From assembly GCA_035528575.1 (NCBI GenBank), contig DATKYK010000005.1, forward strand, positions 30,381 through 94,380: DNA of 64,000 nucleotides. Direction: 5' to 3'. The position numbers and the translations under genes are program-made. This document shows positions 9,218 to 17,825 of the stretch, in pieces. The DNA is from Dehalococcoidia bacterium. GTDB taxonomy: Bacteria; Chloroflexota; Dehalococcoidia; E44-bin15. Under the pieces are notes generated by a model. That model was not told the origin of the DNA. It did no database searches and saw only the letters and a program-made list of their open reading frames with translations. Position 1 is the stretch's first letter. Every line of letters starts with the position of its first letter.

Positions 9218-10318
9218 GTGTTTATGCGCGTTTCACGGCGGTTAACGCCGGGTACATTGATCTTCGCCTCCGCGCTGCTGATAGGTATCCTGGCGGCATT
9301 CCTGGTGAAGTGGGGAAACCCACAGAACATGGGAATATGCGTAGGCTGCTTCCTGAGGGATATTTCAGGTTCGCTCGGCCTACATCAAGCGAGTGTTGTA
9401 CAGTATCTCCGCCCTGAGATCATCGGCTTCGTCTTAGGCAGCTTCATCGCTGCCTATGCCTTCAAGGAATTTCGGTCTAGAGGTGGCTCCGCCCCGCTAG
9501 TCCGATTTTTTTTGGGCATGTTCATGATGATCGGGATACTGGTATTCCTCGGCTGCCCGGTGAGGGCACTGCTCCGGCTTGCCGGCGGCGACCTGAATGC
9601 TATCACTGGCCTTGCTGGCGTGGCATTCGGCACCTTCGGCGGAGTGCTCCTACTCAAGAGAGGCTTTAGCCTGGGGCGTGCGGTGAAGAGGCCGACGGTA
9701 GCAGGGTGGATAATACCGGCGGTTATGGCCGGGCTCCTGATCATGGCGATAGTTCAGCCCGGCTTCCTCATTGAGAGCGAAACGGGTCCCGGCTCAATGC
9801 ACGCCGCGCTAATCGTCTCCCTGGCGGTGGGCCTGCTGGTAGGCTTCCTTGCCCAGCGGACTAGGATGTGCACTGTTGGAGGCTGGCGCGACCTGTTCCT
9901 TGTCAGGGATACCTATTTGTTTAAGGGAATAGTCGGTCTTTTCCTCGGGGCGCTGTTGACAAACCTGATCCTCACCCATGGTTTTGGTGAAAGCCTGTTC
10001 AATCTCGGCTTTGAGAATCAGCCAATCGCTCATGCCAACCACCTGTGGAACTTCCTTGGCATGGCACTGGTGGGACTGGCGGCAACCCAGCTCGGCGGCT
10101 GCCCCCTGCGCACACTGGTGCTTAGCGGCGAGGGGGATACCGATGCCGGCATGACCGTCCTCGGCCTGCTCGTCGGCGCCGCTATAGCACATAACTTCAC
10201 TCTGGCCAGTACTTCTGCCGGTCCGTCGGGGCTGGGACCTTGGGCAGTAGTCGCGGGGCTGGTGCTCTGCATAGGCCTCGGATTCCTGCTGCGGGAGAGA
10301 AAGACGATACAACGCTAG
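9218..10318 (+). CDS. yedE: YedE/YeeE-family membrane protein (putative selenium/sulfur-compound transporter)
   Basis: 366 aa, polytopic, with two internal repeats. Conserved Cys-containing motifs GICVGCFLRD and TRMCTVGGWRD are typical of YedE. GTG start with a GAAGGAGGG RBS. Confidence 0.8.
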   Translation: MFMRVSRRLTPGTLIFASALLIGILAAFLVKWGNPQNMGICVGCFLRDISGSLGLHQASVVQYLRPEIIGFVLGSFIAAYAFKEFRSRGGSAPLVRFFLGMFMMIGILVFLGCPVRALLRLAGGDLNAITGLAGVAFGTFGGVLLLKRGFSLGRAVKRPTVAGWIIPAVMAGLLIMAIVQPGFLIESETGPGSMHAALIVSLAVGLLVGFLAQRTRMCTVGGWRDLFLVRDTYLFKGIVGLFLGALLTNLILTHGFGESLFNLGFENQPIAHANHLWNFLGMALVGLAATQLGGCPLRTLVLSGEGDTDAGMTVLGLLVGAAIAHNFTLASTSAGPSGLGPWAVVAGLVLCIGLGFLLRERKTIQR

Positions 10319-10327
10319 GAGGCATAT

Positions 10328-10870
10328 ATGTCACTTTCAAAATGGAAAAAAAAACCAGCCTTCGAGGGAGGGGGATTGGTTCTGTTCATGGATGTTCAGG
10401 CTGCCTTGAAGGCCGAGAAGGTGCTAAAGGGTACAGGGCACGCCGTTAAACTGATCGCCCCTCCCCCGGAACTGCGCAAAGGCTGCGATCTGGCGGTTGA
10501 AATAAACCTGGTAGAACAACCGGGCATTGAGCGGGTCTTCGATGAGAACGACGTCTTCTATGTGGAGATCGTTCCTCTTGGAGAGGGGTATTCCGAGCTT
10601 CTGGACATCGTACAGGTGACAGATTTCGGGGACTGGGTGATGGTCAAGGCAGGCAACATGAAGCTTACCTTTGACAAGGAGACCGGAGTCATCGTAAACA
10701 CATCCGGCGGGGGATGCCCCGATATCCCCGTCATGCACACCAAGCTGGTCGATAGAAAGCTCACCGAGGCACCCAAACCTAAGGAGATCGGCTTTACCCT
10801 GTGTTCCCTGATGCTGCACCGGGCTTTAGAGGAGAGCCTTCTCATATGGCAGGGGGGTGAGCAACAATGA
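10328..10870 (+). CDS. DUF3343-like N-domain (putative Se/S carrier) fused to an uncharacterised C-terminal domain carrying an SGGGCPDIP motif
   Basis: Residues ~15-80, LVLFMDVQAALKAEKVLKGTGHAVKLIAPPPELRKGCDLAV, resemble the ~70-aa DUF3343 proteins found beside yedE/yedF/selD, including the conserved Cys. Here the protein is 180 aa, with an extra ~100-aa domain. Confidence 0.5.
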   Translation: MSLSKWKKKPAFEGGGLVLFMDVQAALKAEKVLKGTGHAVKLIAPPPELRKGCDLAVEINLVEQPGIERVFDENDVFYVEIVPLGEGYSELLDIVQVTDFGDWVMVKAGNMKLTFDKETGVIVNTSGGGCPDIPVMHTKLVDRKLTEAPKPKEIGFTLCSLMLHRALEESLLIWQGGEQQ

Positions 10871-11766
10871 TGCTTATCGCCGGGACGATTCCCGATGAGG
10901 GCGTGCCGCTGACTGTTGGTGACGTCAGTATCGAGGACAATTATCTGGCTGTCTTTGGGCACCGGTTTCCCTGCATGCAGGGAACCGGCGCTATGATCAG
11001 CGCGGCACTGGCGGTCACTGACTACCTGAAGCTCGACCGGCCCCAGGTTGTTATCGCCGGCGACATCGGCAAGGGTAAAGGGAGCCGGGCAATCTACGAA
11101 TACCTTATCCAGAATATAAGGACTCTTTCGCCAAGAGTGCTCGCGCTGCACTACTGGCTGCCCGATATGGCCCTAACGAGGAGACTATGCCAGGCCGTCG
11201 ATAACTGTGAGAGCAGGCCGATCTTAGTCGCCGATGCGGCCTCGATGTATTCCGCCAAGGCAGCGGGGCTGGCTTCATGCTTCGACATCTTTACCCCGGA
11301 CGCTACTGAAATGGCCTTCCTCGCCGACACCTCAGCCACCCACCCTGCCTATATCGCCAGGCATCTCTTCGATAACGATATCACACAGACACCGAATCTA
11401 GTTGCTGCTGCCTACCAGAATAGGGGCGCAGCCAGGTTGCTTCTAGTCAAGGGAGCAGTTGACTACGTGATTCGTGATGGTGAGATTCTGGAAAGGGTGG
11501 ATGAACCGGATGTGCCTGAGTTGGAGGCTATAGGGGGGACCGGCGACACCATTACCGGCCTGGTCTCCGCTTTCGTCTACGCTGGCCTGGAACCGCATCA
11601 AGCAGCCATAATCGCAGCCAAAGCAAACCGTATGGCAGGGAAGTTCGCCCAGCCTACACCGGCAACCAAGGTTAGTGAAATCGTAAAACAGTTCCCCGCT
11701 GTGTTTAAGGAATACCTCTGTGAGTGGAGCGGGGTTTGCCTTACACGAGGAGGAAAAAATGACTGA
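10867..11766 (+). CDS. Ribokinase-superfamily-like protein (YjeF-C/ThiM-like fold, GGTGD motif) of unknown function, embedded in the selenium cluster
   Basis: 299 aa. Motif EAIGGTGDTITGLVSAFVYAG is typical of ADP/ATP-dependent small-molecule kinases/dehydratases of the ribokinase fold. Overlaps neighbours by 4 and 8 nt, so co-translated with yedE and yedF. Confidence 0.4.
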   Translation: MMLIAGTIPDEGVPLTVGDVSIEDNYLAVFGHRFPCMQGTGAMISAALAVTDYLKLDRPQVVIAGDIGKGKGSRAIYEYLIQNIRTLSPRVLALHYWLPDMALTRRLCQAVDNCESRPILVADAASMYSAKAAGLASCFDIFTPDATEMAFLADTSATHPAYIARHLFDNDITQTPNLVAAAYQNRGAARLLLVKGAVDYVIRDGEILERVDEPDVPELEAIGGTGDTITGLVSAFVYAGLEPHQAAIIAAKANRMAGKFAQPTPATKVSEIVKQFPAVFKEYLCEWSGVCLTRGGKND

Positions 11767-11971
11767 AGTCGATGCCCGCGGGCTATCATGCCCGATGCCG
11801 GTAATAAAGACTAAGAACGCCTTGGAAGACATAGAGTCAGGGGACGTGGTAGTCATCGTCAATGACGCTACAGCGCGCGATAACGTTACTCGCCTGGCAA
11901 AAAGCAAGGGGTGTGCCATCTCTGTGGAGCGAAAGGGGGATGATTTTTATCTAACCCTGACTAAGGGTTAA
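11759..11971 (+). CDS. yedF: TusA/SirA-like sulfur(selenium)-carrier protein, YedF-type
   Basis: 70 aa from the ATG at 11759 (GGAGGA RBS). CPxP motif DARGLSCPMPVIKTK. The ORF track's longer version from 11720 probably over-extends. Confidence 0.7.
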   Translation: MTEVDARGLSCPMPVIKTKNALEDIESGDVVVIVNDATARDNVTRLAKSKGCAISVERKGDDFYLTLTKG

Positions 11972-12085
11972 AAGGGGCAGAGCAAAGGAACCGAGATTCG
12001 TTCCGTGTGAAAAAAGTTGTGCGGCTTCAGCCAAGATGCTATGATGGTTCAACTACCATTCGCACTCCACAATGAAGGGAGGACA

Positions 12086-13138
12086 ATGGACGACCAAGTG
12101 AGGCCAAGGCTCACCGAGACCGTTCGCGGCTCCGGCTGAGCTTCCAAGATAGGTCCGTCGGACCTGGATAAAGCATTGTGCGGCCTGCCCCTGGTCGATG
12201 ACCCGAACCTGCTTGTCGGCCTGGAGAAGGGTGATGATGCTGCAGTGTATAGGCTGAACGATGAGCTGGCCATCATCCAGACCATCGATTTCATTACGCC
12301 CATCGTCGATGACCCCTATACCTTCGGGCAGATCGCTGCCGCCAACGCCCTTAGCGATGTCTACACCATGGGGGGCAGGCCCCTCACCGCGATGAATGTT
12401 GTCTGCTTCCCCACGAAGAGCCAGGAGATATCGGTGCTCAGGGACATCCTGCGCGGTGGATTCGATAAACTACAGGAGGCAGGGGTTGCCCTTGTTGGTG
12501 GGCACAGTGTAGAGGATAACGAACTGAAATACGGGCTATCGGTAACCGGCGTGGTACACCCAGCCAAGATAATCACCAGGGAGGGAGCCGAGATAGGGGA
12601 TAAGTTGATCCTCACCAAGCCCCTGGGCACGGGACTGGTTAGCACCGCCCTGAAGGGTGGATTGGCAGGAGAGGAGGCTGTGGCGGGAATCGTTAGCTCT
12701 ATGATTACATTGAACAGAAGGGCATCGGAGCTAATGCTGGAAGCTGAAGTACACGCCTGTACCGATATAACCGGCTACGGTCTCCTGGGGCATGCCTGTG
12801 GAATGATAGAGGATGGCCAGTTGGGCATGGAGCTCCATGTGGGGGCCATTCCCCTCTTCCCAGAGGCGAAGGAGTTCGCCCAGATGGGTCTGGCTCCAGC
12901 GGGAACACATCGCAACAGGGAGTTTCGCCTTAATATGATAGAGCAGGCTTATGAGATAGGCGATGATATATGGAGCATCCTATTTGACCCCCAAACCTCG
13001 GGTGGATTGCTGATCTCGGTCCCGGGTAAAGAGGCTGAGGCGCTACTGCAAAACCTGCACCGGAATGGCATAGAGGATGCTGCCATCATTGGAGCGGTAA
13101 TAGGCAAACCGAAGGGAAAAATCGTCATCCGGGAGTGA
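12086..13138 (+). CDS. selD: Selenophosphate synthetase (selenide, water dikinase), selenoprotein form with in-frame UGA
   Basis: ATG at 12086 (GGGAGG RBS) gives MDDQVRPRLTETVRGSGUASKIGPSDLDKALCGLPLVDDPNLLVG... The TGA at 12137-12139 aligns with catalytic Cys17/Sec of SelD (E. coli [20 protein letters not shown]). The rest matches SelD throughout. The ORF track started only at 12176, after the UGA. Confidence 0.85.
12137..12166 (+). other. Sec-encoding UGA of selD followed 11 nt later by a SECIS-like hairpin (AGGUCC-GUC-GGACCU)
   Basis: Hairpin at 12151-12165, at the canonical bacterial SECIS distance from the UGA, with G/U in the loop. Confidence 0.6.
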
Positions 13139-13141
13139 AGT

Positions 13142-14992
13142 ATGTCCTTTGTCCTGGGCACCGCAGGTCATGTCGATCACGGGAAATCGGTTCTGGTTAA
13201 GGCCCTCACCGGGATAGACCCGGACCGGCTGCGGGAGGAGAAAGAGAGAGGCCTGACCATCGACCTCGGCTTTGCCTGGTTAGAGCTGCCCAGCGGTCGA
13301 GCTGTAGGCATTGTGGACGTCCCCGGACATGAGCACTTCATAAAGAACATGCTCGCCGGTGTTGGAGGCATCGACATCGCCCTGCTCGTTGTCGCCGCCG
13401 ATGAAGGGGCAATGCCCCAGACCAGGGAGCACCTGGCCATTCTCGACCTGCTGAAGGTTGAAAATGGCATCGTAGTAATCACCAAGAAAGATCTGGTAGA
13501 CGATGAGCTGCTGGAATTGGTAACACTGGAGCTAAATGAGCTGCTGGCGAGTACAACGCTGTCCCAAGCCCCGATACTCGCCGTCTCCGCACTCACCGGC
13601 GAGGGCTTGCCCGAGTTGGTTTCCACCATTGACCTGGTTTTAGATTCGGCCACGCCCAAGCAGGACATCGGCAGACCAAGGCTTCCCATAGACCGTGTCT
13701 TTACCATGACTGGTTTTGGCACCGTGGTTACCGGAACCCTGGTCGATGGTTCTTTATCCAAGGGGCAAGAAATAGAGATCCTGCCCTCCGCTCTTACAGC
13801 ACGTATACGCGGGCTGCAATCACACAAGCAGAAGATCGACACTGCCCCTCCGGGCAGCCGCGTTGCGGCTAACCTGTCCGGTTTGTCTACCGTTGAGCTT
13901 GCGCGTGGCGATGTGGTGACCACCCCTGGTTGGCTCCTGCCGACCAGAGCGTTCGACGTCAAGCTACGCCTGCTGCCCTCTGCACCCCGCCCTCTCCCCC
14001 ATAATGCTACCGTTACCTTTCACCATGGGGCCGCCGAGGTGCTGGGGAAGGTCCGCCTGCTGGAAAGGGACAGGATTGACCCAGGGGAAACAACATGGGC
14101 TCAGTTTCTACTTGCTCAGCCCATTGCGGCTGTTAAGGATGACCGATTCATCATTCGCTCCCCCCAGGAGACCCTTGGCGGAGGGCAAATCGTTGGCCCC
14201 CGGGCAAAACGACACCGCCGCTTTCGCCCCGATGTCATTGAGAGACTAGCCACCAGGGAGGCGGGCACCGCTGAACAGATAATCCTGGCCATTATACAAG
14301 AAGAAGGGCCTCTCGAGCTGGAGAGGTTGCTGTCCCTCTGCAATCTGAGGCAAGGGGAAGCAGAGCAAGCCATAAAATCACTGGCCGCCCAGAAGAATGT
14401 TATAGCACTGAGAGACATGGGGCTGCTTTTCTCAGCCCAGGGTTGGGAAAAGCTGTCAAAGCAAGCAGAGCAAGCTGTCCGGAGATACCACCAGCAATTC
14501 CCGCTTCGCCACGGCCCTCCTAAAGAGGAACTAAAAGGCAAGCTGAAGACCCGCACCAAGTTCTTTGCCCACATACTGGAGCAGCTTATACAGGAAGGCA
14601 CTCTAATTGAGGTGGGGCCAATGGTGCGCCTGCCAGAGCACGAGCCTCAGCCAACGCCAAAACAGCAGGCGGAGGTCGACGCTTTCCTGGATAGGCTGAC
14701 ACACAATCCCTACTTGCCGTCCCTCGATCCTCTACCTGAGCCGGACCTCCTCAATCTGCTCATAGAGAAGCGTCTGGTGGTGAAGGTAAGCGATGACGTG
14801 ATCTTCCTGGCCTCTATCTATGACAAGATGGTGGATGACATAATCGCCGAGATAAAATCACGGGGCAAGGTAACCGTAGCCGAGGTCCGCGACCTTTTCC
14901 ACACCAGTCGCAAATATGCCCTGGCCCTGATGGAATACCTGGACACGCAAAAATTAACCCGCCGCGTCGGTGATGAGCGGGTGTTAAGGTAG
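13142..14992 (+). CDS. selB: Selenocysteine-specific translation elongation factor
   Basis: 616 aa. GTPase domain GTAGHVDHGKS...DVPGHE... EF-Tu-like domains II/III plus C-terminal winged-helix SECIS-binding domains. Start is 4 nt after the selD stop. Confidence 0.9.
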   Translation: MSFVLGTAGHVDHGKSVLVKALTGIDPDRLREEKERGLTIDLGFAWLELPSGRAVGIVDVPGHEHFIKNMLAGVGGIDIALLVVAADEGAMPQTREHLAILDLLKVENGIVVITKKDLVDDELLELVTLELNELLASTTLSQAPILAVSALTGEGLPELVSTIDLVLDSATPKQDIGRPRLPIDRVFTMTGFGTVVTGTLVDGSLSKGQEIEILPSALTARIRGLQSHKQKIDTAPPGSRVAANLSGLSTVELARGDVVTTPGWLLPTRAFDVKLRLLPSAPRPLPHNATVTFHHGAAEVLGKVRLLERDRIDPGETTWAQFLLAQPIAAVKDDRFIIRSPQETLGGGQIVGPRAKRHRRFRPDVIERLATREAGTAEQIILAIIQEEGPLELERLLSLCNLRQGEAEQAIKSLAAQKNVIALRDMGLLFSAQGWEKLSKQAEQAVRRYHQQFPLRHGPPKEELKGKLKTRTKFFAHILEQLIQEGTLIEVGPMVRLPEHEPQPTPKQQAEVDAFLDRLTHNPYLPSLDPLPEPDLLNLLIEKRLVVKVSDDVIFLASIYDKMVDDIIAEIKSRGKVTVAEVRDLFHTSRKYALALMEYLDTQKLTRRVGDERVLR

Positions 14993-14996
14993 ATGA

Positions 14997-15084
14997 TGGC
15001 GGGAGCGCATAGGAGTCGAACCTACCGTAGACACCGCATGGTGCCCACCAACGGATTTGAAGTCCGCGGAGTCCACCGGGGCCC
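14997..15084 (-). repeat. Truncated 3' copy of tRNA-Sec (88 nt, lacks the 5' acceptor strand). Direct repeat of 21308-21395.
   Basis: Reverse complement reads ...GGGCCCCGGUGGACUCCGCGGACUUCAAAUCCGUUGG...GGUAGGUUCGACUCCUAUGCGCUCCCGCCA. It is identical to the full selC downstream except for 1 nt, but has no 5' GGGAGCG partner for the acceptor stem. Confidence 0.75.
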
Positions 15085-15295
15085 GTGTCAATGGTGGGGG
15101 TTAATGATGTGGTTACAATTTTGCAACCTGAGGTTGTGTTGGTAAGATAACAGGTTTATCGCATCCTGGGCTATGGGCAGTGCACAGAGAATTATTGTAT
15201 CAAGCACAGTTCGCAATGTTAGTATTGACAGCATATGCCATTGCAGCTTAGAATCTCGTAGGTATAATTTAAATTCAATTAGGAGGTAATGAGCA

Positions 15296-16222
15296 ATGTG
15301 GAAAGTACTAGTCATCGGCATTATGTTGGTATTTTTATTAGCCTTGGCAGGGACTTCTGCTGCCACAACTCAACCCATGGGGGGAGCGTTTGAGACGACG
15401 CCAAAGGATTTACCTGTAATGAAACTGCCCGATGATATGAGTGGAGGGCCGACGACGCCTACTGGCAATCCATATGGTGTGCCACCAGGCCAGGATAAAA
15501 AGCCAAAACCAGATGACGGTTCAGAGGCTAATAAATGGGCAGTTGTAATTGGTATTTCCAATTACAGAGCTGGTGATTCTCTGTGGAATCCAGCGAATGA
15601 TGCCAAAGAGATGAAACAGGCGTTGATTGATAATTATGGCTTTCCGGAGAATAACATTAAACTTCTATTGGACAGAAAGGCAACAGCAAGAGCCATCGAT
15701 AAGGCGATAGACTGGCTAGCTAAGAGCGAGGATGCTGACTCGTCGGTGGTATTTTTCTTTAGTGGTCATGGGTATCGTGCAGCGGATGCTGATAAATGGG
15801 ATTCCGATGACGAGGTCGATGGTTACGATGAATTGATAGTTACGTATGACAACTATGGCCTCCCAGATGGATGGTTAAAGGGTAAGCTTTCAACCCTAGA
15901 ATCGCTAAAAATTACACTCGCCTTTGGTTCGTGTCACTCAGGGGGCATGTTCGACGACCCTGATGACCTTCAGGGTGAGGGACGTGTCATTGCAGCTGCA
16001 TGCAAAGCAGATGAGTATGGTTGGGATTACCTGCAGCTACGTAATACTCTCTGGGGCTATTACTTTGTCGATGAGGGTTTGCTCCAGGGTCTTGCTGACT
16101 TAAATGGAGATGGCGTTTCTATCCAAGAAGCCCATGCCTATGCTTATGCTGGAGTGACATCAGTGAGGGATGACTCACACCCACAGATAAGCGACCAGTA
16201 TTTTGATGAGCTAATCCCTTAA
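15296..16222 (+). CDS. Secreted caspase-family (peptidase C14, metacaspase-like) protein
   Basis: Signal peptide, then a Pro/Gly-rich linker. C14 domain WAVVIGISNYR...NDAKEM...VVFFFSGHGY (His) and LAFGSCHSGGMF (Cys). Lower GC than the flanks. Confidence 0.7.
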   Translation: MWKVLVIGIMLVFLLALAGTSAATTQPMGGAFETTPKDLPVMKLPDDMSGGPTTPTGNPYGVPPGQDKKPKPDDGSEANKWAVVIGISNYRAGDSLWNPANDAKEMKQALIDNYGFPENNIKLLLDRKATARAIDKAIDWLAKSEDADSSVVFFFSGHGYRAADADKWDSDDEVDGYDELIVTYDNYGLPDGWLKGKLSTLESLKITLAFGSCHSGGMFDDPDDLQGEGRVIAAACKADEYGWDYLQLRNTLWGYYFVDEGLLQGLADLNGDGVSIQEAHAYAYAGVTSVRDDSHPQISDQYFDELIP

Positions 16223-16245
16223 TAATATAGAAGCTAGCAATAGAC

Positions 16246-16298
16246 GGGGGGCCACCCATTATCGGGTAGCCCCCCGTAATCCGCTTGGCTAGGCTTGG
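16246..16298. repeat. Islet repeat, composite copy 1. Element A (GGGGGGCCACCCATTATCGGGTAGCCCCCC, a hairpin-forming palindrome) plus element B (AATCCGCTTGGCTAGGCT).
   Basis: Element A recurs at 17777-17804 and 18796-18824, with ~20 nt of shared upstream flank GCTGTGGGyAA. Element B recurs at 16561-16578 and 17681-17698. Confidence 0.65.
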
Positions 16299-16310
16299 TA
16301 CGGCGCATCT

Positions 16311-16529
16311 CTACAACTTGAGTTTCTGAACTATCTCACCCTGGTTGGGAAACCGGCCAGTTTCACCCTTGGAGAACACGAGCTTATCATCTGCAAAAAC
16401 ATCAAAGATGCCGTTGCTACCGGGGACTAGCTTTGTCTCTACACCAAAGGCATTGCGTAGTTCATCCGCCAGACTGGCGGCAGCGGGCTCATAGTTTCAT
16501 TGCCTGCAATAATGTATGTCAACTTTCAT
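16311..16529 (-). CDS. SelW-like (Rdx-family) selenoprotein with CxxU motif and in-frame UGA at 16497-16499
   Basis: Minus-strand translation MKVDIHYCRQUNYEPAAASLADELRNAFGVETKLVPGSNGIFDVFADDKLVFSKGETGRFPNQGEIVQKLKL (72 aa). CRQU sits at the Rdx redox motif position, and the C-terminal G.F.V...KLVFSK..GRFP signature is typical of SelW/Rdx. AGGAGG RBS 6 nt upstream. Missed by the ORF track because of the TGA. Confidence 0.65.
16466..16499 (-). other. UGA (Sec) codon of the selW-like gene with a SECIS-like hairpin (CCGCCAG-UC-UGGCGG) 16 nt downstream in the mRNA
   Basis: Hairpin at plus coordinates 16466-16480 on the minus strand, with G/U in the apical loop. Confidence 0.45.
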
Positions 16530-16548
16530 AATGTACCTCCTGCGGATT

Positions 16549-16581
16549 CTACCCTCTCCCAATCCGCCTGGCTGGGCTCTT
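16549..16581 (-). promoter_or_regulatory. Conserved 5'-leader element (element B plus flank) immediately upstream of the selW-like gene
   Basis: Minus-strand AGCCCAGCCAGGCGGATTGGGAGAGG...AGGAGGtacattATG. The same ~30-nt block precedes the nitrilase-like ATG (17671-17703). Confidence 0.45.
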
Positions 16582-16842
16582 TGCGCCGCTATCTTTTGTG
16601 GTTGTGAGCATACTCCTGGGCAGTTAGACTGTCAAGAGGCTACCAACTAAAACCGAACCGAGCCGAATGGCGGTCTACCAATCCGCTTTTCAAATCACAC
16701 ACTAATTGGCAGTTTTGGGGCATACGGTAGTTGAAGTTTGCCATGCTATTGTTTTTAACATTACTCTGTCGCGAATTCTCTAGATGAAAAAAATAGATAG
16801 GCGGGGATTAAAACATGACTGGCAAAGATTGTCGAGACCTCA

Positions 16843-17667
16843 CTATGGTGGGGGAACAGCTAAAGATGTAGTTAAATTAGAACAGGCAGCGGGATTTTGG
16901 AGCGAGAAGTCTAATATTTTTATTTTTATACGAGGAGTACCTTCTAAAACCTTATTTGAACACTCCGTAGACATATATCCTTTGTGGGGAATATAGTATC
17001 TAAACTTAGCATCTGGGCCTTGCACATGAAGCGAACACATAGAGGCAATGCCATGCTCACCCTCGCCAAGCCCCTTCATACCATGATGTACTCTAAATCC
17101 AGCCCCTCTGTGGCCTAAATCAGCTACAACATTAGATCTGGATTTGCATTCTCTCAAAGCATCTCGGATACGTTGATTAAATATCTCCCCACATATAAGC
17201 ACTCCGAGAGCTTCATCACCTATCATTAGTAGACGTACTTCCTTGCACCTCCTGTTATCTACTAACCACTGGTTATCGCTATCGGTTGACCTCTGCCTAC
17301 CATAATGAATCATCTCTTCAGTTGGACCCCAAGCATATCCATACATAGGGTCAGGCCACCATACCGTAGCCTGCTTTTGTACTTTTACTTTTGTCTTTGA
17401 CCTATGCTGGGTAGAGTCTTTATTCTCCTCATCTACTCCGAATACTACAGCAATACTTAATCTTTCAGCCTCATTTATAAGGGAATTTGCGATACGTTGT
17501 CTTGACTGAGAATCATCACAAGTAAAAAATCCACCAGGCAGCACTAATACATCAGCGCCTAATTCCTTCGCCGCTATTAAGGCCTGCTTCGCAGCTTCCA
17601 GCCTCTGTTGATTCTCGGCAGGAGTTTCAGGCCCCTGAGTTCCCACCGTAGTCGCTGCTATTTTCAT
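16843..17667 (-). CDS. Carbon-nitrogen hydrolase (nitrilase-superfamily)-like protein. Assignment is uncertain.
   Basis: 274 aa. ADVLVLPGGFF and LICGEIFN are reminiscent of the CN-hydrolase catalytic Cys context, but the motifs are atypical. A GGAGAGG RBS lies inside an islet-specific repeat. Confidence 0.35.
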   Translation of the reverse strand: MKIAATTVGTQGPETPAENQQRLEAAKQALIAAKELGADVLVLPGGFFTCDDSQSRQRIANSLINEAERLSIAVVFGVDEENKDSTQHRSKTKVKVQKQATVWWPDPMYGYAWGPTEEMIHYGRQRSTDSDNQWLVDNRRCKEVRLLMIGDEALGVLICGEIFNQRIRDALRECKSRSNVVADLGHRGAGFRVHHGMKGLGEGEHGIASMCSLHVQGPDAKFRYYIPHKGYMSTECSNKVLEGTPRIKIKILDFSLQNPAACSNLTTSLAVPPP

Positions 17668-17670
17668 GTT

Positions 17671-17703
17671 GTCCTCTCCAAATCCGCCTGGCTGGGCTGT
17701 TTA
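17671..17703 (-). promoter_or_regulatory. Second copy of the conserved 5'-leader element, upstream of the nitrilase-like gene
   Basis: Minus-strand ACAGCCCAGCCAGGCGGATTTGGAGAGGacaacATG. Confidence 0.45.
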
Positions 17704-17754
17704 AGTCACTACGTTGTTCGTGAAAGCGATAATACTCCTGCGTTACTAGCCTAT

Positions 17755-17825
17755 CAATGCTGTGGGCAATAACAGAAAGGCCGCCCATTATCGGGTAGCC
17801 CCCTACAATGCGGCTGGTTATGCTA
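17755..17825. repeat. Islet repeat, composite copy 2 (A plus degenerate B)
   Basis: caatgctgtgggcaataacagaaaggccgcccattatcgggtagccccctacaatgcggctggttatgc. Confidence 0.6.

Noticed and set aside
10424-11151. Minus-strand ORFs of 131 and 197 aa antisense to the DUF3343-fusion and kinase-like genes
   Set aside because: They are antisense frames of tightly coupled plus-strand genes, with Cys/His/Arg-rich low-complexity composition.
13177-13962. 261-aa minus-strand ORF antisense to selB
   Set aside because: It lies entirely inside the strongly supported selB CDS. Its Ser/Thr/Pro-rich composition is typical of an antisense frame of a GC-rich gene. No RBS.
14997-15084. Possibility that the selB-proximal tRNA-Sec copy is the functional selC
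   Set aside because: It lacks the 5' acceptor strand. Upstream sequence (..CCACCAUUGACAC) cannot pair with GCGCUCCC. It is identical to the 3' 88 nt of the complete copy, so it is a duplicated remnant.
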